From assembly GCA_947478395.1 (NCBI GenBank), contig CANJVR010000001.1, positions 608,001-672,000 on the forward strand: a stretch of 64,000 bases of DNA, written 5' to 3'. The position numbers were made by a program, and so were the translations under genes. The notes beneath the pieces are model-generated. The model ran no database searches, was not told the DNA's origin, and saw only the letters and a program-made list of their open reading frames with translations. Source of the stretch: Opitutia bacterium (lineage in GTDB: Bacteria; Verrucomicrobiota; Verrucomicrobiia; Opitutales; Opitutaceae). Below, piece after piece: positions 46,348 to 55,327 of this stretch; the first letter of the stretch is position 1, and each line of letters opens with the position of its first letter.

Positions 46348-48558
46348 ACGCGGCGTCGCGGGTAATTTTTCCAACATCGCGCGCGCAGCAGTGAATCCCG
46401 GATCAATTTTCAGCGCATCCTCAAAGCGCGCGCGTGCCTCGGGCCAACGTCCGGCCACCAGCAGCGCGTAACCAACATTGTAGTGGACCCGCGGATCGGC
46501 GGGACGCAGACGCAGCGCCGTCTCATAATGCGCGAGCGCTTCGGCACTGCGTTTCGCGTCGAGCAACGCGAGCGCGAGATTCGTGTGCGTTTCGGGCGCA
46601 TCGGGGCGGAGACGAACCGCTTGCTCCAGCTGGGCAATACCGTCGGTCAGCTTCCCCGTCTGGGCGAGCGCGATGCCGAGATTGAGGTGCGCATCGGCGT
46701 GGGCGGGATCGAGCCGGATGACCTCGGCGTACTGCGCCAGCGCCTCGTCCGTCCGACCGCTGCGCGCGAGAGCCTGCGCGAGATTGAAATGCGCCGCCGG
46801 CCAACCGGGCCGAAGGTGCAGCGCGGCGGTAAAATGCTCGATCGCCGCGGGCATGGAATTCGTCTGGAGCAGCGCCACGCCCCAATTGCTCTGGGCCTCG
46901 GCGTGCTGGGGATCGCCCTGCACGGCCAGCGCGTAATGTTCGATCGCCTCCGTCCAACGCCCGAGTGCCGCCAACGCCACCCCGAGTTGAAACTGTGCCT
47001 CGGCGGGAGCAGGATCGTAACGGATCGCCGCGGCAAAATGCGGGACCGCCTCCTGCGCCCGATCCAGTTTCATCAGCACGATTCCGAGATTAAGCTGCGC
47101 GTTGAAATAATACGGTAGGATGCGGACTGCCTCCGACAGAGGGGCGACGGCCTCGGCGAGTCGGCCGGTTTTCATCCAGGCGAGCCCGAGGTTGTAGTGC
47201 ACATGCGCATCGGAGGCGTCGAGGCGGAGCGATTCACGATAATGCGCGATGGCCTCGTCGAGTCGTTCGCTGCGATAAAGAATCAGGCCGAGGTTGCTAT
47301 GGGCGCGGGCATTGTCGGGACGCTTGGCCAGCGTGTCCTCCCACAAGCGCCGTTCGTCGCCATAGACCGCGTTTCGTCGCACCGTCATGACTCCCGCCGC
47401 GAGCGCGAGAACGGCGCTCGCCACGAGAAACGTGCGCGGTGGCCACCACCTCGCCGCCGCACCCAGTGCGAGCGCCACTGCGCCGGCCAGAGAAAGGTAA
47501 AGCCGGTGCTCTACGATCATCTGCAGCGCACCGGGCACGACACTGGTCGGCGCCAGCAGAGCGAAAAACCACGCTCCGCAAAATCCTACGATGGGCGCGC
47601 GCCACAACGCCACGACGGTGGCGCCCACCAACACCAGCACCGGAACGGACCACCCCGCGGCGGCAGCCAGAGCGGGAGGCGAAATTTTCCCGTAATCGAA
47701 AACCGACGGATGCGGCCAGACGACCAAACCCACATAGCGGGTGATCGCCTCGAATTGTGTGAGCCAGTAACCGGTCCACGAAACGCCGATGTCGAAGCCA
47801 ACGGTGCCGCCGCGATTCCCCCCTGTTTCGGCCAAAAGAATGGCCAGCGGCACCCACGTCGCCGCGAGCAGGAGCAGCGGCCAGCGATGACGTTGCCATG
47901 CCGCCGCGAAACCGCCGCTGACAAACGTTCGATCATAAAGCAGGATGAGCAACGGAGCGAGCGCCGTGACTTCCTTCGTGCCCACGCCCAACAGGCACGC
48001 GAGAAATGAAACCGTCCACCATCGCCACGGCTGCGACGAATCCACGCCGCGAATGAACGCATAGAGCGTAAGCAAAAAAAACAGCCCCATCAGCGATTCG
48101 GCGCGCTGCACGAGATACGTCACGGATTCGGTTTGCAGCGGGTGCAAGGTCCAGAGCGCCGCGATCGCCCACGCGACCGGCAAAGCACTGGACCGGAATC
48201 GCGCGGCGAGCGCCGGACGCAACAGTGTGCGCCGCACAATGCCGAACAAGGCGAGCCCGGCGAGCGTGTGGATTAAAAGATTAAACGCGTGATAGCTCCA
48301 GACGTTCGGTCCGCTGATCGCGTAGTTGATCGCGAGCGTGAGATTAAGGATGGGCCGGCCGCTCACCGTGAAGCCCCAACCCGCCGGCGGTGAGAGCGGG
48401 CCACTCAAAGGCCACAGCTGGCGGATCGTGGGGTTGTCCGCGATGGAAGCCACGTCGTCGAAGTGAAACGGAACGCGGAAGGTGTTCGCATAAGCTGCGA
48501 CCGCCGCGACGACGATCGTCAACGCCGCCAGCCGTAGTGCTCGATGACCGGGATTCAA
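46345..48558 (-). CDS. TMTC-like GT-C membrane protein with C-terminal TPR array (putative protein O-glycosyltransferase)
   Basis: FDD after TM1, RP..NLTLA.NY, HPLQTESVTY..QRAE, TKE, DY and EHRLY, then about 9 TPR units. Confidence 0.85.
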   Translation of the reverse strand: MNPGHRALRLAALTIVVAAVAAYANTFRVPFHFDDVASIADNPTIRQLWPLSGPLSPPAGWGFTVSGRPILNLTLAINYAISGPNVWSYHAFNLLIHTLAGLALFGIVRRTLLRPALAARFRSSALPVAWAIAALWTLHPLQTESVTYLVQRAESLMGLFFLLTLYAFIRGVDSSQPWRWWTVSFLACLLGVGTKEVTALAPLLILLYDRTFVSGGFAAAWQRHRWPLLLLAATWVPLAILLAETGGNRGGTVGFDIGVSWTGYWLTQFEAITRYVGLVVWPHPSVFDYGKISPPALAAAAGWSVPVLVLVGATVVALWRAPIVGFCGAWFFALLAPTSVVPGALQMIVEHRLYLSLAGAVALALGAAARWWPPRTFLVASAVLALAAGVMTVRRNAVYGDERRLWEDTLAKRPDNARAHSNLGLILYRSERLDEAIAHYRESLRLDASDAHVHYNLGLAWMKTGRLAEAVAPLSEAVRILPYYFNAQLNLGIVLMKLDRAQEAVPHFAAAIRYDPAPAEAQFQLGVALAALGRWTEAIEHYALAVQGDPQHAEAQSNWGVALLQTNSMPAAIEHFTAALHLRPGWPAAHFNLAQALARSGRTDEALAQYAEVIRLDPAHADAHLNLGIALAQTGKLTDGIAQLEQAVRLRPDAPETHTNLALALLDAKRSAEALAHYETALRLRPADPRVHYNVGYALLVAGRWPEARARFEDALKIDPGFTAARAMLEKLPATPR

Positions 48559-48979
48559 CCGGCAGATTTTGCGAAGCGCGTGGCGTGTGAGTCAACGCAG
48601 CGGGATGCCGCTCGTCGCAGGAAAAACCACGACCTATGGCGGGTCGGCGAAAGACCCAAAGGCGATTGAACCGCTAAAGGGATTAGCCAACGGGCGAATC
48701 TACGACGACCGGTTCAGCCAATCGCCTCCAGTGCCCGTGACTGAGGCGGGTGATCCCTGCCGGGGTTTATCCTGGAGAAATCTTCCGCGCGGGTCGGACG
48801 CCCAGCCCTGACTGCGCAGGCGATCAGCCGAAGCCGCTGATCAGAAGGTTTTCTCATCGGGAAAATTCGATCAGCGATTCCCAACCGGACTTTGAACGGT
48901 TTAATCAGAAACGTAGCCGCTACACCAAACGGCCATGGAAGAACTTAAAATGCGGCAGGAGCTGTTTCGACGAGCCAAC

Positions 48980-51031
48980 CTACCGCGGCCGGGTCGGTCC
49001 CTGTAATTCAAGCGCGCGGGCAAGGTTTTCCTGAACCGCCCGGTCCTCGGGCCGCTCCTTTAGAATTCGGCGATATTGGAGGATGGCGGCCTCGGTGCGG
49101 CCGCTCACGAGGAGCGCATTGGCGAGGTTATTTCGCGCGGCCAGATAACCCGGGGCGAGATCCGTTGCCCGTTCGTAGTGACCGATCGCCGTCGGAAAAT
49201 CTCCGCCGGCCGCCGCCAGATTTCCGAGGAAGTAGAGCAACTCGGGGTAATCGGCCTTAAGTTTCAGCGCCCGCTCAGCCGCGCGGCGCGCCGCCGCTGG
49301 ATCACCTTGTTGCTGCAAGGCGTGCGCGAGCGCATACCACGTTTCAACGCGATTCGGGTCGAGTTCGGCGGCGTTCTTCAACTGCTCGATCGCTGGCGCC
49401 AGCCGCTTCATTTTCAGCCAGGTCGCACCGAGCGCCGCATGAATATCGGCGGCGTCCGGGTCGAGACGAAGCGCAGCTTCATAGTGCACCGCGGCATCTG
49501 CCGATCGGCCAAGACGGTCGAGCAGATAACCCAGATTGACCTCGGCATCGGCGCGCTTGGGATTGAACCGAATGGCTGCTTCGTAAGCCACTACAGCCTC
49601 GTCGGCCGCAGCGGTTTTTTCGAGCAACTGCCCCAGGTTGTAGTAAGCGGACGCGTAACGCGGATCGAGACGCAGCGCGGTCGCGAAATGGGTGCGCGCT
49701 TCCTCATTGCGCCCTGCGGTGAAAAGATAGGCGCCGAGATTGTTATGCGCCCGGGCGCTTGCCGGATTTTTGCGGATCACGTCCTCCCACAACCCCTGCG
49801 GCGAACGATAGTCGAAATTGCGCACCGCCGTGGTGATGCCCAACGCGAGCGCGACGCCCAGCGCCCCAACGCGGACCGTTGCAGCGGACATCGAGAATAA
49901 CCCCAGTGCGCCGAGCGCGATTACCGCGGCGAGCGGAAGGTACATGCGATGCTCGACCATCGCATCAGCGACGGGCACCACGCTGGACGTCGGAGCCAGT
50001 ATCACAAAAAACCACGCGCCCAGAAATCCCAGCATCGGCCGACGAACAAGCAGATAGATGGTCGCAGCCAAAAGCCCGAGCAGGACAAAGGCTTGGGGCC
50101 AGACTTCATTCAGACCCGTGGCGAGCCGGAGATTGTGATCGAAGATCAACGGGTGCGGCCACACCGCGAGTTTCAGGTAAGCGAGGATGACCTGACACTG
50201 GGTCAGCGCGTAATTCCAGGCACTCATACCGGTTTCAAATCCCGCCGTGCCTCCGCGTCCGCCCGAAGCTTTCATCAAACCGAGCAGCAAAAGCCACGTG
50301 CTCATCAACGCTCCATAAAACCAACGCCGGCGCTGCCACACCTCGCGCCAGGTCGCAGCGACAAACGTCCGATCGTAGAGCATCACCACGAGAGGCGCGG
50401 TCACCATCACCTCCTTGCAACCCATTCCAGTCAGACAGGCAACGAAGGCCGTGCCCTGCCATCGCCCCGGGTGGGCCGCGTCGATCGACCGGACAAAAAA
50501 ATACAGCGTAAGCAGGTAGCAAAGCCCCATCAGTGACTCGACCCGCTGCACGAGATAGGTCACGGACTCCGTTTGGAGTGGATGAAGGCTCCACCAGCCC
50601 GCAATCACGAGGGCCAGCACCACCGCCCGATCGCCCCAGCGCGCGAGCAACACGGGCCGCAGCAGCGTGCGGCGCACGAGGCCGAACAACGTTAAACCTG
50701 CGAGCAGGTGGATCAGGAGATTGACCGCGTGATAACTCCAAAGCGCGGAGCCACTGATCGCATAATTCAGAGCGAGGGTCAGGTTGGGAACGGGCCGGCC
50801 CGAGAGCGTTCCGCCTTGGGGACCGATGGCGACGAGGAATAAATCCCAACGCGTGAGATCGCGGATTGTGGGGTTGTTCGCGATGCCGGGAATGTCATCG
50901 AAAACGAGCGCGCCATTAAAACTGGTGGCGTACGCCAAAACGGTGACGGCGATCAGCAGCCGTGCGGACCACTTTACAGAACCCTGCGCGCCTAACGAAT
51001 AATTCCAAAACGGTAGGGGTCGTGGCACCAT
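48980..51031 (-). CDS. Second TMTC-like GT-C/TPR protein, paralog
   Basis: FDD, RP.PNLTLALNY, HPLQTESVTY..QRVE, CKE and EHRMY, then about 7 TPR units. Confidence 0.85.
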   Translation of the reverse strand: MVPRPLPFWNYSLGAQGSVKWSARLLIAVTVLAYATSFNGALVFDDIPGIANNPTIRDLTRWDLFLVAIGPQGGTLSGRPVPNLTLALNYAISGSALWSYHAVNLLIHLLAGLTLFGLVRRTLLRPVLLARWGDRAVVLALVIAGWWSLHPLQTESVTYLVQRVESLMGLCYLLTLYFFVRSIDAAHPGRWQGTAFVACLTGMGCKEVMVTAPLVVMLYDRTFVAATWREVWQRRRWFYGALMSTWLLLLGLMKASGGRGGTAGFETGMSAWNYALTQCQVILAYLKLAVWPHPLIFDHNLRLATGLNEVWPQAFVLLGLLAATIYLLVRRPMLGFLGAWFFVILAPTSSVVPVADAMVEHRMYLPLAAVIALGALGLFSMSAATVRVGALGVALALGITTAVRNFDYRSPQGLWEDVIRKNPASARAHNNLGAYLFTAGRNEEARTHFATALRLDPRYASAYYNLGQLLEKTAAADEAVVAYEAAIRFNPKRADAEVNLGYLLDRLGRSADAAVHYEAALRLDPDAADIHAALGATWLKMKRLAPAIEQLKNAAELDPNRVETWYALAHALQQQGDPAAARRAAERALKLKADYPELLYFLGNLAAAGGDFPTAIGHYERATDLAPGYLAARNNLANALLVSGRTEAAILQYRRILKERPEDRAVQENLARALELQGPTRPR

Positions 51032-51093
51032 CGCGTTTGAGCGATAAATTAATTCTAACGGGTCTCAAACTCGAATTCCGCCGCAGGAGGGCC

Positions 51094-51129
51094 AAAAAAA
51101 TGCACTCCCGCCAAAGGCAGGAGTGCATT
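51094..51129 (-). terminator. Intrinsic terminator of the first TonB-dependent receptor gene
   Basis: AATGCACTCC/GGAGTGCATT stem with a U-tract on the minus strand. Confidence 0.8.
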
Positions 51130-51173
51130 GAAAGGAAACAGCGGTTTAAGCGCTGCGCAGAGCTCGACGTAAC

Positions 51174-54100
51174 TTACAGGTCGAAGGTCGTCGTGACGAA
51201 CCAGACCCGCGGATCTTTGATGCGATATTGAGCGGGCGAGCCATCGGCATTGAAGAGAATCGCCTGGAGGCCACCCTTTTCCATGACGTCGCGCACATTG
51301 AACTGAACTTTCATCCGAGTCTTATCGTTGAAGATCTTCCTCTGATACGAGAGGGTGAGATCGATGTGCGTCTCGGCCGGGAGGTAGATCGGACGGCCCA
51401 GATCAGGATAAACGATCGAAGCGTCTACCGCGGTCGGATGGGCATAGCGGGCGGGATTCGTTTCGCCGAAATAACCGGCGACGGCTTTATCCTGCCAGCG
51501 CACGCTGCCACCGACGCCGAAGCCCTTGAGGGGACCATTCGTGAAGTTGTAGTTCGTCAGGAAATTTGCGCTCCATTCGCGCAGATTCGCCTGCTTGGCG
51601 CCTTCTTGAGAGGTCAGCTGATAGAGACCTGGTTCGACGATGCTGTTGTAGGTCGCGTGAGCGGAACCCGTCTGGCCGGTCGTGTTAGAACCCGCATCAC
51701 CACTAAAACCATAGCCTTCCCAGTAGTTGCCGAGGTACATCTTGTTGCCGTTGCTCAGCGTGTAGATCGTTTGGAGATCTGGCGCGGCCATCTTTTCCCA
51801 CATCGGCTTGCGATAAGCGATCCAGCTGGTGAGTTCGCGCAGTGCTTTTTGGTACGTCGCGAACTGCTGACCCACCGTCACCTTCATCGTCCAACTGCGG
51901 GTCGGATTATAGGTGAGCTGCAATTCTTTACCCTTCGAGATGTTCGTCGCCGTGCCCTGCGGCCCGCCGAAGACCGGCCAGCGCTCGTCCAAGTTGAAGG
52001 GCAATCCCCACAACGTTTGGATTTGATTGGCCATCGCCTGCGTGAGCGGATGGGTCGTGTTATTATCGAAATCGGTCGCGGCCGGATCTTCACCGTTGCG
52101 AATGCGGACAACCTTACGCGCCCAGTCCAAACCGGAACTGTTATCGATACGCACCGTGCGGCCTGTGACCGTGCTCGCGATCGCCTGGGGCGAATTCTCA
52201 TCCGTGCTTTCGAACCAGTTCAGACGAGCAACAAGCTTGTTGTTAAACAAACTGATGCCGACGCCGTAGTCCTTGCCGTGACCTTGCGGTTTGCCGAGGG
52301 GCGTACCGAAGAAGTCGTATTGGATCGAAGGGGGCGCATTGAAGTTGTTGGACGTGTTATAGTGGAAATCGAGGCCGCGGATGATACTCGCGACCGTGCT
52401 GCCCTTATCCACTGCGCGATCGATTGGCGCCCAGTTGACGAAAGGACGTACCACAGCGCCTTGGGTCTTGGTGCTACCCTCAACATAGAAGGGGGTACCC
52501 AGGATTTCGGCATAAGCGTCGGTACCGAAACCTTGCGGGTAGAGAACGCCCGTTGCTGGCTGCGGACCCTTCTGGCGAATTTTGATCTTATCGTTGCGCC
52601 AACCGAACGTCGGGAGCAAACGATCCTGCCAGAGATAGCCCTGCCACGAGAAGCTGCGGGAATCGAGTTGCTTCCAAGTAATGCCGTTCGCGTTGCCCGC
52701 GTAGAAGGCATTGTTGTGGAAACTCATCTCCGAGTTGCTGTAGGACGAGGTATTCCAGTTATAGAAGCGCATCGGAGCGTGATCCACTCCGCCGAATCCA
52801 GGCGCACCGGGAGCAGCAATACCCTGCGTAACGGTGCCGTTCGAGCCCTTGCCGAGATAGTAGTAACGAGCGAGCGTCGCACTGCCAGACCAGTTGAATG
52901 CTGCTCCAGTTGTGGCTGCCGCCGGCAGGAAGCGCGGGTCGCCGCCGTCCAAGGACAGGCGATAGCGCAGGTTATCCAATTTATCAGTCTGGCGGCTACC
53001 CAAACCAGAGAACCGATGGCGGCCCAAGAAGCGGGTCCAGCCTTCGTTTTTCTTGAAGTTGAGTTCATACGCCACGACCGCGCGCAGATTATTATTGATT
53101 TCAGGACGGGAGAAATCGTCGGCCTGCCAATCCTGGACGTACGGCGAACCGAAATACGGATTCGGCGAGCCGTCCAAGAGCTTGGAGTTGGTATCGACGA
53201 ACAGACGAAGATTATCGTTAACCTGTCCTAGGCCGTAATGATTGCGCTCCTGCATTTCCTGGCGGAACCAGCCGAAATCGACGTTCAGGTTGGGCAAGAT
53301 TTCCTGTTGGAATTGGATATTGAACGTCTTGGCGTCCTGCGAACCGTAGTTCGCGCCTTGGATATTATATTTGGTCCAGTCGTAGATGGACTTGTCGGTC
53401 ACGCCGACTTCGTACCAGGTGCCGTATTGCGTCGCGCCCGTGCTAGCTGGGGGCCGCGGCGTCTGCAGCAATGCTGAGGTCGTGTAACGCGCCGAAGCAG
53501 CCAGCCACTGAGCGGCGGTGCGGTTAGCGGCGAGGGGAGCTGCATAGGTATTTAATGGGGCGGTGGTTGCGCCAGCGCCGGACAATGCGCTATCAACCCA
53601 GAAATCGACGAGTGCGCCTTGGTCGTAGCGGATGCGCTGGCGGCCAGGGATCGTGATACCGGGAATATAGAAGGCCGACGTCGTGCCACTGATTGCACCA
53701 TCACCAACCGGGGAAACTGCGGTCGACACAAACCGTGGATCGCGGCTGTCAACCAAGTAGGGCCCACGCGTCTGGCCAGCCTGCGCGCCGGATGTAAACG
53801 TGACCGTTTGGGTCGTGGGATCCCAGGCCGGACGCCCGGCGTTGACCCAAGGTGTAACGATGTCGGTCGGCTCACCGAAATTGGGACGATTGTTATCGTT
53901 GTGGTAGCGTTCGAAGGAGGCCGTGATCTTCGTCTTGCCGTTGGCGAATGGCTTGTAGGTCAGAGCCGCCGTCGCGCGTTTGTAGATATCGGACGACGGT
54001 TTCCGTTGGAAACCGCGGTGATCGTCGAGGACTGCGGCGTACAAAGCGACCCTGGTGCCGAGCGGAACATTCACCCCGAGGCTGGCGCGCCAAGCGCCAA

Positions 54101-54863
54101 AACTGCCGAAGCGGGCCGAGACCGTCGTGTGATTTTGGTTCAACACTGCCTCGCTGGTCGATTGATTGACGATACCCGAGGCGCCACCGGCGCCGAAGAG
54201 CATCGAGTTCGGACCGCGGCTGATTTCAACCGAGTTCGTGTTGTAGGTATCGAAAGCCAGACGCGAAATCGTGGGATAATTATTCTGCGCTGTATCGGCC
54301 GCGCCCAAGCCGCGTACGCGATTCGCCGTCGCGATGCCAAAAGGAATGCCATCGTCGTTGCTGTAGCCGCCGATACCATCGCGCGCCGCGCCACGATTCA
54401 CGAGACTCGGCGTATAAGTGGCGGCGCCTTCCGTGTTCGATTCGAACAGGAAGATGTCGTTGATATCGAGCGCGCCCGTATCTTCGATCTGCTGTTTCGT
54501 AACGACCGTGATCGAGGCGGCGAGATCGCCGACGTTCGTGTTCAGGCGGCTGCCGAAAAGGGTATTCTGGGCGTAGTAACCAGAATCCTTCTCCGAAGAG
54601 ACGGTGAACGGAGAAAGTTCAACGACGCCAGAATTGGCATCTGCCCCAGTTGCCGTCGCACTCGCAGCTTTCGCTTGGTCCGCCTGCATGGCGGCAACTT
54701 CGTCAGCGTCGAGCTTGCCGTTTTTGTTTTTGTCGTACTGCGCGAGATTCTTCGCGGTGTCAGCGGCGGGCGCGCTCTGCGCCCACAGCGTGGCCGATGC
54801 CGTCAGAAGGCACAGCGGCAGTAATGCACGCCGTGTTTTCCGTGATAGGGGAGTCGATTTCAT
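51174..54863 (-). CDS. Large TonB-dependent receptor with an N-terminal EF-hand-like motif
   Basis: Signal peptide, VELSPFTVS, plug motifs (ASITVVT, RVRGL, VEISRGPNSMLFG), terminal beta-strand TTTFDL. Confidence 0.92.
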   Translation of the reverse strand: MKSTPLSRKTRRALLPLCLLTASATLWAQSAPAADTAKNLAQYDKNKNGKLDADEVAAMQADQAKAASATATGADANSGVVELSPFTVSSEKDSGYYAQNTLFGSRLNTNVGDLAASITVVTKQQIEDTGALDINDIFLFESNTEGAATYTPSLVNRGAARDGIGGYSNDDGIPFGIATANRVRGLGAADTAQNNYPTISRLAFDTYNTNSVEISRGPNSMLFGAGGASGIVNQSTSEAVLNQNHTTVSARFGSFGAWRASLGVNVPLGTRVALYAAVLDDHRGFQRKPSSDIYKRATAALTYKPFANGKTKITASFERYHNDNNRPNFGEPTDIVTPWVNAGRPAWDPTTQTVTFTSGAQAGQTRGPYLVDSRDPRFVSTAVSPVGDGAISGTTSAFYIPGITIPGRQRIRYDQGALVDFWVDSALSGAGATTAPLNTYAAPLAANRTAAQWLAASARYTTSALLQTPRPPASTGATQYGTWYEVGVTDKSIYDWTKYNIQGANYGSQDAKTFNIQFQQEILPNLNVDFGWFRQEMQERNHYGLGQVNDNLRLFVDTNSKLLDGSPNPYFGSPYVQDWQADDFSRPEINNNLRAVVAYELNFKKNEGWTRFLGRHRFSGLGSRQTDKLDNLRYRLSLDGGDPRFLPAAATTGAAFNWSGSATLARYYYLGKGSNGTVTQGIAAPGAPGFGGVDHAPMRFYNWNTSSYSNSEMSFHNNAFYAGNANGITWKQLDSRSFSWQGYLWQDRLLPTFGWRNDKIKIRQKGPQPATGVLYPQGFGTDAYAEILGTPFYVEGSTKTQGAVVRPFVNWAPIDRAVDKGSTVASIIRGLDFHYNTSNNFNAPPSIQYDFFGTPLGKPQGHGKDYGVGISLFNNKLVARLNWFESTDENSPQAIASTVTGRTVRIDNSSGLDWARKVVRIRNGEDPAATDFDNNTTHPLTQAMANQIQTLWGLPFNLDERWPVFGGPQGTATNISKGKELQLTYNPTRSWTMKVTVGQQFATYQKALRELTSWIAYRKPMWEKMAAPDLQTIYTLSNGNKMYLGNYWEGYGFSGDAGSNTTGQTGSAHATYNSIVEPGLYQLTSQEGAKQANLREWSANFLTNYNFTNGPLKGFGVGGSVRWQDKAVAGYFGETNPARYAHPTAVDASIVYPDLGRPIYLPAETHIDLTLSYQRKIFNDKTRMKVQFNVRDVMEKGGLQAILFNADGSPAQYRIKDPRVWFVTTTFDL

Positions 54864-55120
54864 AGTTCAGATCGGGGGTGTGGTGTTAGGGAAGATGAGA
54901 GGCCATCGCTGCCAAAGCAGCAGCAACGACTGTTTCCAAATGGCGGGGAAATTTACAAGAATGGGATAACTAACCTCCCAAAACCAAACGGAATAAAAGG
55001 CTGGGCAACCGTTGCAGGATCGGACGGTCCGAAAGGTGGTCGCAGCAGTATTCGGGAGCGGTCTTTAGCCACGTCGACGTCATGATCGGAAAGTGGCCCT
55101 CCGGTTTAGAACCTCAGCCT

Positions 55121-55213
55121 TCAGCGTTGAACCAAAACGTTGTCGGCTAATGACGTAGCGGCAGGCGTCCCTTCCTGCCGAAATGATGCGCCGAACCCGG
55201 CCGGCACCGACGC
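55121..55213. mobile_element. Degenerate partial family C element
   Basis: GTTGAACCAAAACG...CTAATGACGTAGCGGCAGGCGTCCCTTCCTGCCGAAA...CGCCGAA matches the left part of 41257-41396. Confidence 0.6.
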
Positions 55214-55274
55214 ATCCCTCGGTCCAAGATGGGGATCGAACAATCTCAACTGCCCTTGCGGGTCGAAATAGGCC

Positions 55275-55308
55275 AAAAAAAGGCCCTCCGCTTTTGACGG
55301 AGGGCCTT
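55275..55308 (-). terminator. Intrinsic terminator of the second TonB-dependent receptor gene
   Basis: AAGGCCCTCCG/CGGAGGGCCTT stem with a U-tract on the minus strand. Confidence 0.85.
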
Positions 55309-55327
55309 GGAAGACGATCGGGGACGA

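Noticed and set aside
51228..54824. + strand ORFs of 667 aa and 401 aa
   Set aside because: They are antisense shadows of the TonB-dependent receptor gene.
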